Virus record (IMG/VR): IMGVR_UViG_3300037842_001004
Location: 1-54,705 of that record
Source: a virus
Taxonomy: Duplodnaviria > Caudoviricetes
Length of the DNA stretch: 54,705 bases
Direction: 5' to 3' (one strand)
Below, piece after piece: positions 9,299 to 18,461 of the stretch. Under the pieces are notes generated by a model. The model saw only the letters and a program-made list of their open reading frames with translations, was not told the DNA's origin and made no database searches. Position numbers and translations under genes: made by a program. Position 1 is the stretch's first letter. Each line of letters opens with the position of its first letter.

Positions 9299-9519
9299 CA
9301 GGGGTGTGCGCGTGTGAGGCCACACGGAGCGCCGCGGTGAAGGTCAAGCCGACCGCGTAGCCGCCCGTGGGCGAGACCGCATAGCTGTGCTACATTGCAG
9401 GGGTACGCCGGGTCTCGAAGGGGTCCGACGCACCGGAGCATCCAGGGCGACGGGCCGCTAAGTCCGCGGAAGGGCTAAAGAAACTGAGCGATACCCCCCG
9501 GGACCCTCTCGACCCCCCG

Positions 9520-10230
9520 GTGCCTAAAGAGGCCGACCGGACGCCCTTCGCGATCCTCGATTTGAGGTCCAAGGGGTGGGGCGTCAAGCGCGTGGCAAAG
9601 GAGCTGGGCGCCGGGCCGTCGAGGGTGCGGAGGGTCGACCAGGACGTCGAGGTCCGCGACCGATGGCGCGCCTACCAGCACGCGACGAACGAATGGGAGA
9701 AGAGGAAACGGGACAGAGACATAGTCGATACGGTCATCGAGCACGCGTGCATCACGACCGCCGCGGCCGCGCACGGCGTGAGCCGGGTCACGGTTTACAA
9801 GGCCATCCAACGCACGAACGCGATGGTCGAGGTCCGTGTCCTCGTCACGATGCAGCGCACGCTCGCGGAGCTGGCAGCGGGAAAGCACGCCGTCGACGCG
9901 GTCAACCAACTCGCGGCCATCGTCTCGAACGCCGGTGAGGCGCCCGTTGGTCGAGCCCGAGCCGCGGAGACGCTCCGAAAGTTCCTCGCGGAGCCCACGG
10001 GGGGCGGCGCGCGTCACACAACGAACTTCGCCGCGGCAGAGCGTGGCGGGGTTGCGGTCGCCGGCGACAACGCGGAGGCATCAGCGATGTCCGTGGATCT
10101 GCCGACGCCGCCGCACGAGAGGTCGATGCCCCTGGCGCTGGTTCACAGCGTGAGTAGGGCAATCATCGAAGCCGAGAACGCCGGCGCCATGCCGCCGGTT
10201 CTGGAGGTAAAGGGTGATGACTTTGAGTGA
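9520..10230 (+). CDS. probable terminase small subunit / HTH protein
   Basis: Two HTH-like segments (GVKRVAKELG; TAAAAHGVSRVTVYK) and a helical AVNQLAAI...RARAAETL region. First gene after a 220-bp intergenic gap upstream of TerL. Confidence 0.55.
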   Translation: MPKEADRTPFAILDLRSKGWGVKRVAKELGAGPSRVRRVDQDVEVRDRWRAYQHATNEWEKRKRDRDIVDTVIEHACITTAAAAHGVSRVTVYKAIQRTNAMVEVRVLVTMQRTLAELAAGKHAVDAVNQLAAIVSNAGEAPVGRARAAETLRKFLAEPTGGGARHTTNFAAAERGGVAVAGDNAEASAMSVDLPTPPHERSMPLALVHSVSRAIIEAENAGAMPPVLEVKGDDFE

Positions 10231-10567
10231 GACGATGGAAGCCCGCGCTCGTGATCTGCTGGCAGACGAAGGGGTGCGCGCACACTGGGCGATCCCGGTC
10301 GACCTGGACGACGTGGTCGTGGCCGTCCTGGCTCGATGCGAGCAGGGGCGCAGCCGACCCGCGGCCGAGCGTTACCTGGGGCCGGCGCCGCCCGGGTTCC
10401 GCGTGGTCGCCCACAAGATGCCCGAGGACGCCGGATGGGCTCGCCTGTCCTGGTGGCTCGTTTGGTACGAGAAGACCGTCGTGCGTGTGGTCGGCCGCGC
10501 ATTCGCTGGGGCAGGCGGTGTCACCTTGATCGAGCCCGCCGGCCCGTTTGGCGCTGCCACGGGGTGA
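10214..10567 (+). CDS. hypothetical protein
   Basis: Overlapping, coupled ORF. Confidence 0.5.
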   Translation: MMTLSETMEARARDLLADEGVRAHWAIPVDLDDVVVAVLARCEQGRSRPAAERYLGPAPPGFRVVAHKMPEDAGWARLSWWLVWYEKTVVRVVGRAFAGAGGVTLIEPAGPFGAATG

Positions 10568-10764
10568 GAGCGAGGGATGCCGAGCGGGAGGCGATGCGTC
10601 GAGCAATGCGCGCCGGACTCGGCACCCCTTCGCGGACGGTCCGCGTCACCCCCGAGGGGTCGCGGCTAGAGGTCGAGTGGACGGTGGGCTTCGGTCCTCG
10701 GGTGGGCAGCTTCGAGCTGGTGATGTTCGCAACGGCGCCGCGAGGGCGGTGCGAGGGATGCTAG
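10564..10764 (+). CDS. hypothetical protein
   Basis: GTGA-coupled short ORF. Confidence 0.45.
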   Translation: MRARDAEREAMRRAMRAGLGTPSRTVRVTPEGSRLEVEWTVGFGPRVGSFELVMFATAPRGRCEGC

Positions 10765-10977
10765 ATGGGGTCGCGAGACAGTACGTGGACGATGCGCTTC
10801 GACGCGCTTCACCTGAGAGTGAATCGGCTGGCAGGCGAGGACCTCTACACGGTCGTCGCCACGCAAGCCCTCCCTACTGAGGAGGGCGCCCCCCCGGCCG
10901 TCCACATCGGCGCACTCTCCGCCGACGAGTTGGGTGACCTGGGCGAACGGCTCCTGAGCATCGCGAGGTCGGCGTGA
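10765..10977 (+). CDS. hypothetical protein
   Basis: ATG directly after the previous stop. Confidence 0.5.
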   Translation: MGSRDSTWTMRFDALHLRVNRLAGEDLYTVVATQALPTEEGAPPAVHIGALSADELGDLGERLLSIARSA

Positions 10978-10984
10978 CCGCCGA

Positions 10985-11680
10985 ATGAGGTTCAGCACCC
11001 TACGAGCAGTCGTCGCGGACCCTGTCGGGCCTGCGAGCCAGGACTTCGCATTGGAGTTCTACGGCTCCGTCGGCGGGCGTCTGCTCGCGCTCCTGGGGCC
11101 GCGCATCGCGGATCCGTCCGGCACCCTGGAGGCCAAGACGCGCGAGTTGGTCTCGATGGCCGAGCTGCGCGCCATGCCGCACGCGACCCTTGGCTACGCG
11201 ATGTCCGAGTGGCTTCACGAGCACGGCTTCCCGACGCTCACGGATGACGCGTACATCCTCGGCCTGGAGCCGTGGCGCCTCGCGCGGGCCGTGAAGTGGC
11301 ACGACGCGATCCACGTCGTCCTGGGGACGGGAGCCTACGGCCCGAGCGACGAGATGCTCACGATGGGCGCCGCGCTCGCCAGCCGGAGGGTGCCCCCGCC
11401 CTACTTCACGGCGATCGCCGCGCTCCTGCCCGTCCTGGCGATGGGGTCGCGGACGTACCGCCGGGCCGTGCCGATGCTCTGGAAGGGCGCGGTGAGCATG
11501 CGTCGAGCTGGGTTCACCGGTCCGACGGCCGACTGGGTCGGCTTCGACTGGGAGGGCCACCTCGACACGGCGCTCCTCGACGTGCGGCAGATGTTCGGCG
11601 TTCCGAAGTGGGGGGTTGACCCGAGTCGCGTCGAGGTCGAGAAACATAAAGCGATGCGCTCGCGCCTGGACGACGACTGA
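10985..11680 (+). CDS. Coq4-like protein
   Basis: ELRAMPHATLGYAMSEWLHEHGF...HDAIHVVLG...DE (HDxxH...E metal motif)...FDWE..LD..L.DVRQMFGV. Confidence 0.8.
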   Translation: MRFSTLRAVVADPVGPASQDFALEFYGSVGGRLLALLGPRIADPSGTLEAKTRELVSMAELRAMPHATLGYAMSEWLHEHGFPTLTDDAYILGLEPWRLARAVKWHDAIHVVLGTGAYGPSDEMLTMGAALASRRVPPPYFTAIAALLPVLAMGSRTYRRAVPMLWKGAVSMRRAGFTGPTADWVGFDWEGHLDTALLDVRQMFGVPKWGVDPSRVEVEKHKAMRSRLDDD

Positions 11681-12069
11681 TGCACGACTGGCGAGAATGC
11701 GAGAACTGCAACCTGATGGGGGATAGCCCGTTGTTGCGGAACCTCCTGTCGGCCTCGACCGCGATTGCGGAAGGCGAGAAGGCCGCGCTGCGCGTCAACC
11801 AGCCGATGACGTACGACGCGGTGGTCCTCTGGACCCTGGCTCACGGGCTCTCGATGATGGCCCATTGGGGCCGCGATACAGCGCCCAACAAGATGCGCGG
11901 CGCCCTGCTCAACGTCGTCGTCTCCCGCGAGGAAGACGACGAGGGAGCCGGGCCGCCCGAGTGGCTCACAGCCCGACTGTGGAGCAAGGCGGAGTCGATG
12001 CGCCGGGCTACGGGCGTTCCGCCGGCCGGGGCGCTCGAACTACTTCCAACGGTTGGGGGGAGACATTGA
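11680..12069 (+). CDS. hypothetical protein
   Basis: TGATG-coupled ORF. Confidence 0.55.
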   Translation: MHDWRECENCNLMGDSPLLRNLLSASTAIAEGEKAALRVNQPMTYDAVVLWTLAHGLSMMAHWGRDTAPNKMRGALLNVVVSREEDDEGAGPPEWLTARLWSKAESMRRATGVPPAGALELLPTVGGRH

Positions 12070-12107
12070 CCGAGTCGCCCGCCTAAGCTCGCCGTTGGAG
12101 GGACGTC

Positions 12108-12401
12108 ATGCCTGATAGTTTGCTTACTGAACTCCTCAATTTCGGGGCTTTGGGTCTTTTTGCCGCGTTCCTCGTGTGGCAGCACCTGTCCATGCAAAAG
12201 CGTCTCGACGCGCTGGTCGGGGGATTCCAGGCCCAACTCAAAGAGATCGAGCTGGGCTACGATAAGCGGATCGAGGTCATGCGCCAGCGGTATGACGTCG
12301 TGATTGAGGGTCATAGCGAGAGGGCTCGGGAAGAGAAGGCGGCGCTTGATCGGCAGAAGGAAGAGTTGCAAAAACAGCTCCTAGAGACTCTTAGTGGGTA
12401 G
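12108..12401 (+). CDS. holin-like membrane protein (N-terminal TM plus coiled coil)
   Basis: LLNFGALGLFAAFLVW then a charged coiled coil (BhlA-like layout); GGAGG RBS. Confidence 0.5.
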   Translation: MPDSLLTELLNFGALGLFAAFLVWQHLSMQKRLDALVGGFQAQLKEIELGYDKRIEVMRQRYDVVIEGHSERAREEKAALDRQKEELQKQLLETLSG

Positions 12402-12408
12402 CGGTTGA

Positions 12409-12843
12409 ATGAGCGCGTCGAGGAAGGCCAAGCGGGCCGCCGAGAGGGCCGCCCTGAAGCTCGGTAAGGCCAGCGCGGCCGAAGAGGTGGTGAAGGCCAC
12501 GACCGGCCGCGTCGCCTACGAGGTCGCCGTCTGCGTCCTGACCGAGGGGTCACCGGAGCGCCAGCGCGGGGAGAAGATCCTCGGCAACATGCGCCACCTG
12601 GAGGTCGCCACCCTGGCGCCGGCCATGCGCGCAGCTCGCATCGCCATCCGCGCCGAGATGGACGGCCGCAAGATGTCGCGCGCCGAGGTCAACCAGTGGC
12701 TCGACGACCGGTGCAACGCGAACGACGAGGTGAAGGGCGCCCGGCGGACGTACATTGAGTTGGACGCAGAGTTGCGCGGCTTGTTGCGTGGTGCGCTGCC
12801 GCGCCTCCTGGCCGCCGTAAAGGGCGAGGGCACCGATGGATGA
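12409..12843 (+). CDS. hypothetical protein
   Basis: Clean ORF within the gene train. Confidence 0.6.
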   Translation: MSASRKAKRAAERAALKLGKASAAEEVVKATTGRVAYEVAVCVLTEGSPERQRGEKILGNMRHLEVATLAPAMRAARIAIRAEMDGRKMSRAEVNQWLDDRCNANDEVKGARRTYIELDAELRGLLRGALPRLLAAVKGEGTDG

Positions 12844-13075
12844 CGACGTTTTTAGCTCGACGGGGGAGGGACACGACACGACGCCGGCCCCACCATTCCC
12901 GGCCGAGCCGAGCACTTGCGACCACGGCGTCGAGTGGCGCGGCCCGGACTGGCCGTGCGGGCGTTGCGCTGCCGCCCTGAACCCGCCGAGTGAGCCCCGC
13001 ATCCCGATGTGGGTCGGCATGCTCGCGGCGGCCGTGGTGGGCTTCCTGGCGGGCTACGTCGCGGGGGCGTCGTGA
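12836..13075 (+). CDS. small membrane protein
   Basis: CDHG...CGRC and a C-terminal TM helix. Confidence 0.55.
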   Translation: MDDDVFSSTGEGHDTTPAPPFPAEPSTCDHGVEWRGPDWPCGRCAAALNPPSEPRIPMWVGMLAAAVVGFLAGYVAGAS

Positions 13076-13094
13076 CGACCCACCTGCGGGCCTG

Positions 13095-15242
13095 ATGAGG
13101 CGCCGGCTCCTCTCTACAGCCCTCGGGGCGCTCCTCGCCCTGGTGACCGCCCAGGCCCTACCGCATGTTCAGGCCGCCGAGGCGAGGGTCACCGTCCAGC
13201 GCCAACTGAAACGGGCCAAGCGCCAGCTCAGGCGGCGCCGCGTCGACCTCTCGACCGTCCACACGAAGAGGCTCACCCCGAAGCGGCTGGCTGCAGCCGC
13301 GGCCGCCTTGGCCGAGCAGGGCCTGCCCGAGGACCCCGAGGAACTCCGGGCGTGGGTCCGGGCCAACCATCACGAACTGGGGCGCGGCTCCCTGGCGTAT
13401 TGGATGCGCTACGAGCTGGGGATGGAGGTCGGGCCGCACCACCTGGAGTGGTCCGAGTTGCTGACGGAGCACTCGCACCTCGCGCTCCTGGCGGCTCGCG
13501 GGCACGGCAAGTCGGCGTTCTGGTCCTACGCCTACCCGCTGTGGCGCTCCTGGCGGGATCCCAACGTCCAGGGGTTGCTCATCAGCAACACCGAGGACCA
13601 AGTCGCCAAGCTCATGCGGATCGTCAAGAACGGTCGGAGCTTCGTCGACGAGGGCGGGCACGTTTGGAACATGCCGCCGGCGTCGACCCTGCCGGCGCTC
13701 AAGGACCTCATCCCCGACACCTGGGAGCGGTCGTGGACCACCGAGCGGATCACGTTCCTGAACGGCTCCGAGTTCCGCGCAGAGACGTTCGGGACCTCGT
13801 TTCGAGGCGAGCACGTCACCTGGATCATCGTCGACGACCCTCTACGGGAGAACTCGCAGTACAGCGCCACCGAGCGCGCCAAGGCGAAGGACTTCCTGTT
13901 CCGCACGGTCACGAAGATGTTGTTGCCGGCGCGGTTCGCGCAGATCGCGGTCATCGGCACGCCGATGCACGGCGACGACCTCCACGCCGAGCTTGCCCGA
14001 CTGAGCGCCTGGGGCGCCCGTAGGGGGCGTCTGCGCGGGGACTGGTACCAACGGCCCTATCCGGGCCACTGGGTCGATAAGGACGGCGAGCACTACTACC
14101 TCTGGCCGCGTCTGCGCGGTCCCGAGTGGCACGACCGGGAGCGCGAGTCGAACGGGCTCGCGTACGCCCAGGAAATCGAATTGCGCCCGGCCTCCGACGA
14201 GGTCTCGCTGTTCCCGATCGACCTCTTCTCCAGGCGGGAGGAGACGCTCGACGCGAACTTCTGTTCGCAGCCGGACCGGGCCGACATCATCGCCAACGGC
14301 TGGTCGGTCTACATGGGGGTCGACATCGCGATTAGCGCGGAGGTCGGCGCGGACTACTTCGTGATCGTCGTCCTGGCGGTCGACGACAACGGCAACCGCT
14401 GGCTGATCGATATGCCGCGCTTCAAGGGCATGCCCTACGAGGCGCAGCTCTCGGAGATAACCGCGGCCGCGCGCCGCTACGGCGCCGACCTGATCTTCAT
14501 CGAGTCGAACCAGTTGCAGATCGTCTACAGCCAGAAGCTGCGCGTGAGCACGGACCTACCGGTGCGGCCGTTCAAGACGGGGGTCGAGAAGCACTCGCTG
14601 CGCAAGGGTGTTCCGAGCCTCCGGCCGCTCATCGAGAACGGGAAGCTGCGCCTGCCGCACGGCAACGCGCACGGCGAGGAAATCACCCGAACGCTGATGG
14701 GTGAACTGAACGATTTTGGGTTCGTCGACGGCAAGGTCCAGGGCATCGGCAACCACGACGATACGGTCATGGCGCTGTGGATCTGCGACCAAGCGATCCG
14801 GGCGGGGGCAGAGTGGGGATTCATCGACTCGCTCGCCGGCGACGGGCTCGACGCTCACATGGGGACCGACTCGAAGCGGGTGGCGGCGAAGGCTGTGGTC
14901 GAGGGCGAGGACGCAACGGGCGTGCTCGCGGGGATGGTCGAGACGGACCGGCGCGCGGAGTTGGCGAGACTCTACGGCGAGAACAGCCCCGTATCGCCCA
15001 GGGTGAACCCGGACGCGGTGCGCTGGCGCCACGCTGCAGCGATCCACCCCGAGGGCCTGGAAGGCGCCCAGGACGCCGGCGCGACCCTGCCAGGGTCGAG
15101 GTCGGAGCACATCAGGGCATGGAACGCGTTGTCGAAGGAGAGGCCGAACCCGGTCGAGTGTGACCGGTCATTCGGTGAGCTGGCGAACGATTGGGGGCTC
15201 GACCTCGTCCTGGCACTCCTTCGCGACTTGCTCGACCTGTAG
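13095..15242 (+). CDS. terminase large subunit
   Basis: Walker A AARGHGKS, Walker B WIIVDD, coupling motif IGTP, RNase H nuclease YMGVDIA...HDDTVMAL. Start codon uncertain. Confidence 0.95.
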   Translation: MRRRLLSTALGALLALVTAQALPHVQAAEARVTVQRQLKRAKRQLRRRRVDLSTVHTKRLTPKRLAAAAAALAEQGLPEDPEELRAWVRANHHELGRGSLAYWMRYELGMEVGPHHLEWSELLTEHSHLALLAARGHGKSAFWSYAYPLWRSWRDPNVQGLLISNTEDQVAKLMRIVKNGRSFVDEGGHVWNMPPASTLPALKDLIPDTWERSWTTERITFLNGSEFRAETFGTSFRGEHVTWIIVDDPLRENSQYSATERAKAKDFLFRTVTKMLLPARFAQIAVIGTPMHGDDLHAELARLSAWGARRGRLRGDWYQRPYPGHWVDKDGEHYYLWPRLRGPEWHDRERESNGLAYAQEIELRPASDEVSLFPIDLFSRREETLDANFCSQPDRADIIANGWSVYMGVDIAISAEVGADYFVIVVLAVDDNGNRWLIDMPRFKGMPYEAQLSEITAAARRYGADLIFIESNQLQIVYSQKLRVSTDLPVRPFKTGVEKHSLRKGVPSLRPLIENGKLRLPHGNAHGEEITRTLMGELNDFGFVDGKVQGIGNHDDTVMALWICDQAIRAGAEWGFIDSLAGDGLDAHMGTDSKRVAAKAVVEGEDATGVLAGMVETDRRAELARLYGENSPVSPRVNPDAVRWRHAAAIHPEGLEGAQDAGATLPGSRSEHIRAWNALSKERPNPVECDRSFGELANDWGLDLVLALLRDLLDL

Positions 15243-15273
15243 CTTCCGGTCGTGCTCGGCCTGGGGTGGCTCA

Positions 15274-15798
15274 TTAGTTGGCTCCGTCACCGATGGCGCA
15301 GACGATGCCGTCGGCGTACGCGACTGCGCGGTCGACGGCGGTAGCGGTCACGCACCACTCGGGCGAGCCGCTGTCGAGGTTCAGGCCGATGCGGGCGCGC
15401 TCACGCAGGGTGCCCAGGTAGTAGCGCGACACGAACTGGAGGCTCTCCACGCCGCGGCTCGCGTCGTAGAACTCGACGAGCACGTCGCGGATGTTGGTGT
15501 CGCCGTTCCAAGTCTTCGGCGGCTGCTCGACCAGTCGATGCGTCAGGCAGTTGTTGAGCCCGTACCGCTCGCCGAAGCGAACGACTCGGACCGCGAACTC
15601 GCGGCCGCCGTCGAGCCCGCCCAGGACGCGCAAGAGCGGGCGCTCGGGCGGCACGACGGCCTCCGGCGCCTCGGGGTGCCGGTACGGCTCGTCGTACTCG
15701 GGCGGGGGGTCGGGGTCGTCGCAGCCAGCGCGCCGGTCGCGCTCGCGCTCGACGTGATCGTTGATCTGTCGGTCGGTCATCCCTCGTGGGTCTCGCAT
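15274..15798 (-). CDS. conserved-looking phage hypothetical protein
   Basis: FAVRVVRFGERYGLNNCLTH...LVEFYD...QFVSRYYLGTL...GLNLDSGSPEW; downstream of the leftward promoter. Confidence 0.7.
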   Translation of the reverse strand: MRDPRGMTDRQINDHVERERDRRAGCDDPDPPPEYDEPYRHPEAPEAVVPPERPLLRVLGGLDGGREFAVRVVRFGERYGLNNCLTHRLVEQPPKTWNGDTNIRDVLVEFYDASRGVESLQFVSRYYLGTLRERARIGLNLDSGSPEWCVTATAVDRAVAYADGIVCAIGDGAN

Positions 15799-15890
15799 CG
15801 TTTTGCTCAAGGTTTGCAGGTGCTCGTCCAACTTGCGGGCCTCGCCCACGTCCAGGCCAGACGTCAGGACCACCAGGGTCCGCGCGGCCG
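15799..15890 (-). repeat. copy 1 of a permuted inverted repeat (partner at 17911-17988)
   Basis: 15831-15890 is the reverse complement of 17929-17988 (1 mismatch in 60). 15799-15818 is the reverse complement of 17911-17930. Confidence 0.9.
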
Positions 15891-16064
15891 ATCCCTCGCC
15901 GTTCCGCACGACCGGCAGTTGCCGTCGTCGTTCCAATTGTGTTCGCACTTTGAGTTCTGCGGGCAATCCAGGCTGAAGCACTGGCCCCGGATCGTCGGGT
16001 TGTCACAGTGGACGCAATCGTCTTCCATCTCGTCCTCGCGCTCGAATTGTTCGTGGGTGGTCAT
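15864..16064 (-). CDS. small Cys-rich protein
   Basis: GGAGG RBS; CVHC, CFSLDC, CEH, CRSC. Confidence 0.55.
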   Translation of the reverse strand: MTTHEQFEREDEMEDDCVHCDNPTIRGQCFSLDCPQNSKCEHNWNDDGNCRSCGTARDRPRGPWWS

Positions 16065-16399
16065 CGTCAGTCCTCCGTCAAGTAGTCGTAGTAGCGGACG
16101 TCAGTCACGGGCGCAGTTCCTTTGGGTCGACGACCCCGGCCACCCGGGCCTGGAGCGCATCCTCGCGGGTCACCCCGGCGAGGAAGCAGGGGACAGAGCG
16201 GCCACCCACGCAGAGGAACCCGGCGAGATGCGGCAGACCTACGTCGAGTACGACCCCCTCGAACTGCACCTCGGCCACCCGTCGCCCCAGCGACCGTAGC
16301 GGGGAGATCCCTCACCGCGGGGGTGGGCCGGGTGGTCTACGATCAGGCCACGCTCCCGGGCCGCGGCGAGGGTGATCATGTTGTCGCGCATCGTGTCTC

Positions 16400-16666
16400 C
16401 TATCCGAACTCGTAGTAGCGGACGTCGTCGGGCAAGCTGCGCGGCTCTGGCGGGCAGAAGTAGGCGCGCTCTGCGCTCGCCTCCGCGGCGATGTCAGCGC
16501 CGGCCTCATCCCAGTCGTCCTGGCAGTCGAAGCAGCGCGGGTCGCCCCAGGCGCTGTCGTCACAGGGCGCGGAGCAATCCACGCACTCGGCGTCGGGCGC
16601 CTCGCCGTCGGGGCCAGGGTCAAAGCCCGGCTCCCACTCGGGGCTCTCATGGTCGCAGTAGCTCAC
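16400..16666 (-). CDS. small acidic Cys-containing protein
   Basis: AGGAGG RBS then GTG at 16666; first gene after the leftward promoter. Confidence 0.65.
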   Translation of the reverse strand: MSYCDHESPEWEPGFDPGPDGEAPDAECVDCSAPCDDSAWGDPRCFDCQDDWDEAGADIAAEASAERAYFCPPEPRSLPDDVRYYEFG

Positions 16667-16715
16667 TAGGGGACCTCCTTTTTCTGGCGCGGCAGCGGGG
16701 GGCGCCGGCACCCAC

Positions 16716-16744
16716 AAGGTAAGCACCGACGCCCACCCTGTCAA
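16716..16744 (-). promoter_or_regulatory. leftward sigma70-like promoter with operator
   Basis: On the - strand: TTGACA-gggtgggcgtcggtgct(17)-TACCTT. Confidence 0.75.
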
Positions 16745-16758
16745 TTAAATATTGTCGG

Positions 16759-16787
16759 TTGACACCGTATGCGGTCGTGCATACATT
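16759..16787 (+). promoter_or_regulatory. rightward sigma70-like promoter with operator (divergent pair)
   Basis: TTGACA-ccgtatgcggtcgtgca(17)-TACATT; AT-rich spacer between the two -35 boxes. Confidence 0.8.
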
Positions 16788-16830
16788 GGCTGTGCGGCGG
16801 CAATCTCCACTGGCCGCTCAGGAGGTTCTG

Positions 16831-17052
16831 ATGTTCGGAAATTCCGTCAACCAGATCGGCGCGGCAATCGCCGACAAAGACCGCTCGATCCGGCGCGCCT
16901 ATGCGATTCGGCTCGGGCTATCCTCTCACGCTCTCGGCCTCGGCCGAGAGGACGTCCAGGGCGTGGGCGCCTGGGACACCCGATGGGCTCGCGAAGCCTG
17001 GGATGCGGCGGAGGCCGACCGCGCCACCGGACACGAGGAGGCCACCCGATGA
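16831..17052 (+). CDS. hypothetical protein
   Basis: AGGAGG RBS, ATG at 16831. Confidence 0.65.
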   Translation: MFGNSVNQIGAAIADKDRSIRRAYAIRLGLSSHALGLGREDVQGVGAWDTRWAREAWDAAEADRATGHEEATR

Positions 17053-17377
17053 GCTTCTACGGGAGCAGAGACGCCCTGGCGCGAGCCGGGGCAGACGGCG
17101 CGACGTCGTGGGCAATCGGACCGGCTGGGCACTCGCGGACGGCTCGCATGCCGACGCACCCGGCCGAGGGGTCGACGCGACGGCGAACGCCATCGACGCG
17201 GCATGGAAGGAGTGGATCGCGAAGGCAACCGAGCTGCTCCGCAACTTCACGATCCGCGGTCGCGTCGCCGAGGACCACGTCCTCTTCGATGACGGCCACT
17301 TGGTCATCAACGGCAATACCAATGCGAGCCACGGTTACCTCTACGTGACGGCGTGGCTCCGAAACGAGGGGATCTAA
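17049..17377 (+). pseudogene. probably frameshifted small phage gene
   Basis: The coupled ATG (17049) and coupled TAA (17375-17377) are in different frames. The protein-like C-terminus (NASHGYLYVTAW) is in the stop frame. Confidence 0.45.
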
Positions 17378-17817
17378 TGGGCGATCTGACGCAAGGGGCG
17401 CCGGCTGCGGCTCCGGCGTTCAGGGTCCAGGGCGGCGACTTTACCCTGGACCGCGTGTGCGGGCTTCTGTGCTGCGCCTTCGAGGGCGGCTCCAACTACT
17501 GGTACCGCGACGCGAAAATCGACCGGTTGCCTGACGGCTACGTCCGCGCGGACTTCAAGGTCGGCGGGCGTCACGAGCAGGCCCTGGGCAGCTACTGGCA
17601 TTGGATCCAGGCTGTGCCGGTCCTGGGCGGCGAGGTCTCCTTCATCCACGAAGAGGACGAGCCTCGGGCGGTGCTCGGGCGAGAGCAACTCGCACGGGGC
17701 CTGGAGTTGTTGAAGGCGACGCGCCACTGGGCGGACTTCGTCGACGAGAACGACGACGCGGACACCGGCGACGCGTTCCTGCAGCTCTGCGTGTTCGGAG
17801 AGGTGGTGTACGGATGA
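17377..17817 (+). CDS. conserved-looking phage hypothetical protein
   Basis: AFEGGSNYW...ENDDADTGDAFLQLCVFGEVVYG, a recurrent small phage family pattern. Confidence 0.75.
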   Translation: MGDLTQGAPAAAPAFRVQGGDFTLDRVCGLLCCAFEGGSNYWYRDAKIDRLPDGYVRADFKVGGRHEQALGSYWHWIQAVPVLGGEVSFIHEEDEPRAVLGREQLARGLELLKATRHWADFVDENDDADTGDAFLQLCVFGEVVYG

Positions 17818-17839
17818 GGCAGAAACTGACGAACCCTGG

Positions 17840-17868
17840 TTGACATCAGGGGTGCGCGTGCGCATATT
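17840..17868 (+). promoter_or_regulatory. sigma70-like promoter with operator
   Basis: TTGACA-17nt-CATATT containing TGCG-cgtg-CGCA; leader CCCCACGG...GGAGGAAAAGAGATG shared with the 45235 copy. Confidence 0.75.
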
Positions 17869-17909
17869 GAAGGTGCTCCAATTCCCCACGGAGCACGGGA
17901 GGAAAAGAG

Positions 17910-18461
17910 ATGCAAACCTTGAGCAAAACGGCCGCGCGGACCCTGGTGGTCCCGACGTCTGGCCTGGACGTGGGCGAGGCCCGCAAGTCATGGGAGATCC
18001 CAGGCAACCGCGTCCGGGTCATGGAGGTCGACCTCGTCGACCACGGCGGACGCAACCACTCGACGCTCCGGGTCTTCGTGACCGACGGGCAGGTTGGGTA
18101 CACCCTCGGAAACCAGGCTTTGTCCAACATGTTCGGCGCGAGCGGCGGCAACAACTCCAACACCCTGCCCCCGTTCGTCCGGCGGGGGGGCGAGGCGGAG
18201 CTGGTGGCACAGGTGAACGCGGCGGTGGCTCGATCGTACCGCGACGCCAAGAGGGTGACGCTCCACCCGATCTTCGAGGACGTCGTCTGGGCGCAGCAGG
18301 ACTCGGTCAACCTCCGCGTCCCCAACCACGGGCCTGACCCCATGAGCGGGGACCTCGAAAGACGAGTGCTGGGCAACTACATGTCCGAAGCCGCGGTGCA
18401 GGATTTCGCTGAGCAGGAGGGCTACGTCGAGGACGAGGACGAGGACGAGGACGATGGCTAA
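17910..18461 (+). CDS. hypothetical protein
   Basis: GGAGG RBS; acidic tail; N-terminus encoded by repeat copy 2. Confidence 0.7.
   Translation: MQTLSKTAARTLVVPTSGLDVGEARKSWEIPGNRVRVMEVDLVDHGGRNHSTLRVFVTDGQVGYTLGNQALSNMFGASGGNNSNTLPPFVRRGGEAELVAQVNAAVARSYRDAKRVTLHPIFEDVVWAQQDSVNLRVPNHGPDPMSGDLERRVLGNYMSEAAVQDFAEQEGYVEDEDEDEDDG

Noticed and set aside
9299-9519. Structured RNA or pac site upstream of the TerS-like gene
   Set aside because: Only imperfect pairing (about 9410-9426 with 9501-9516), not beyond chance for GC-rich DNA; a pac site cannot be located from sequence alone.
15160-16299. 379-aa + strand ORF after TerL
   Set aside because: Antisense to leftward genes that have RBSs and a dedicated promoter.
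15799-17988. Diversity-generating retroelement template/variable repeat pair
   Set aside because: The single mismatch is C/T on the coding strand, the repeats are at a gene start rather than a C-terminus, and there is no reverse transcriptase in the window.
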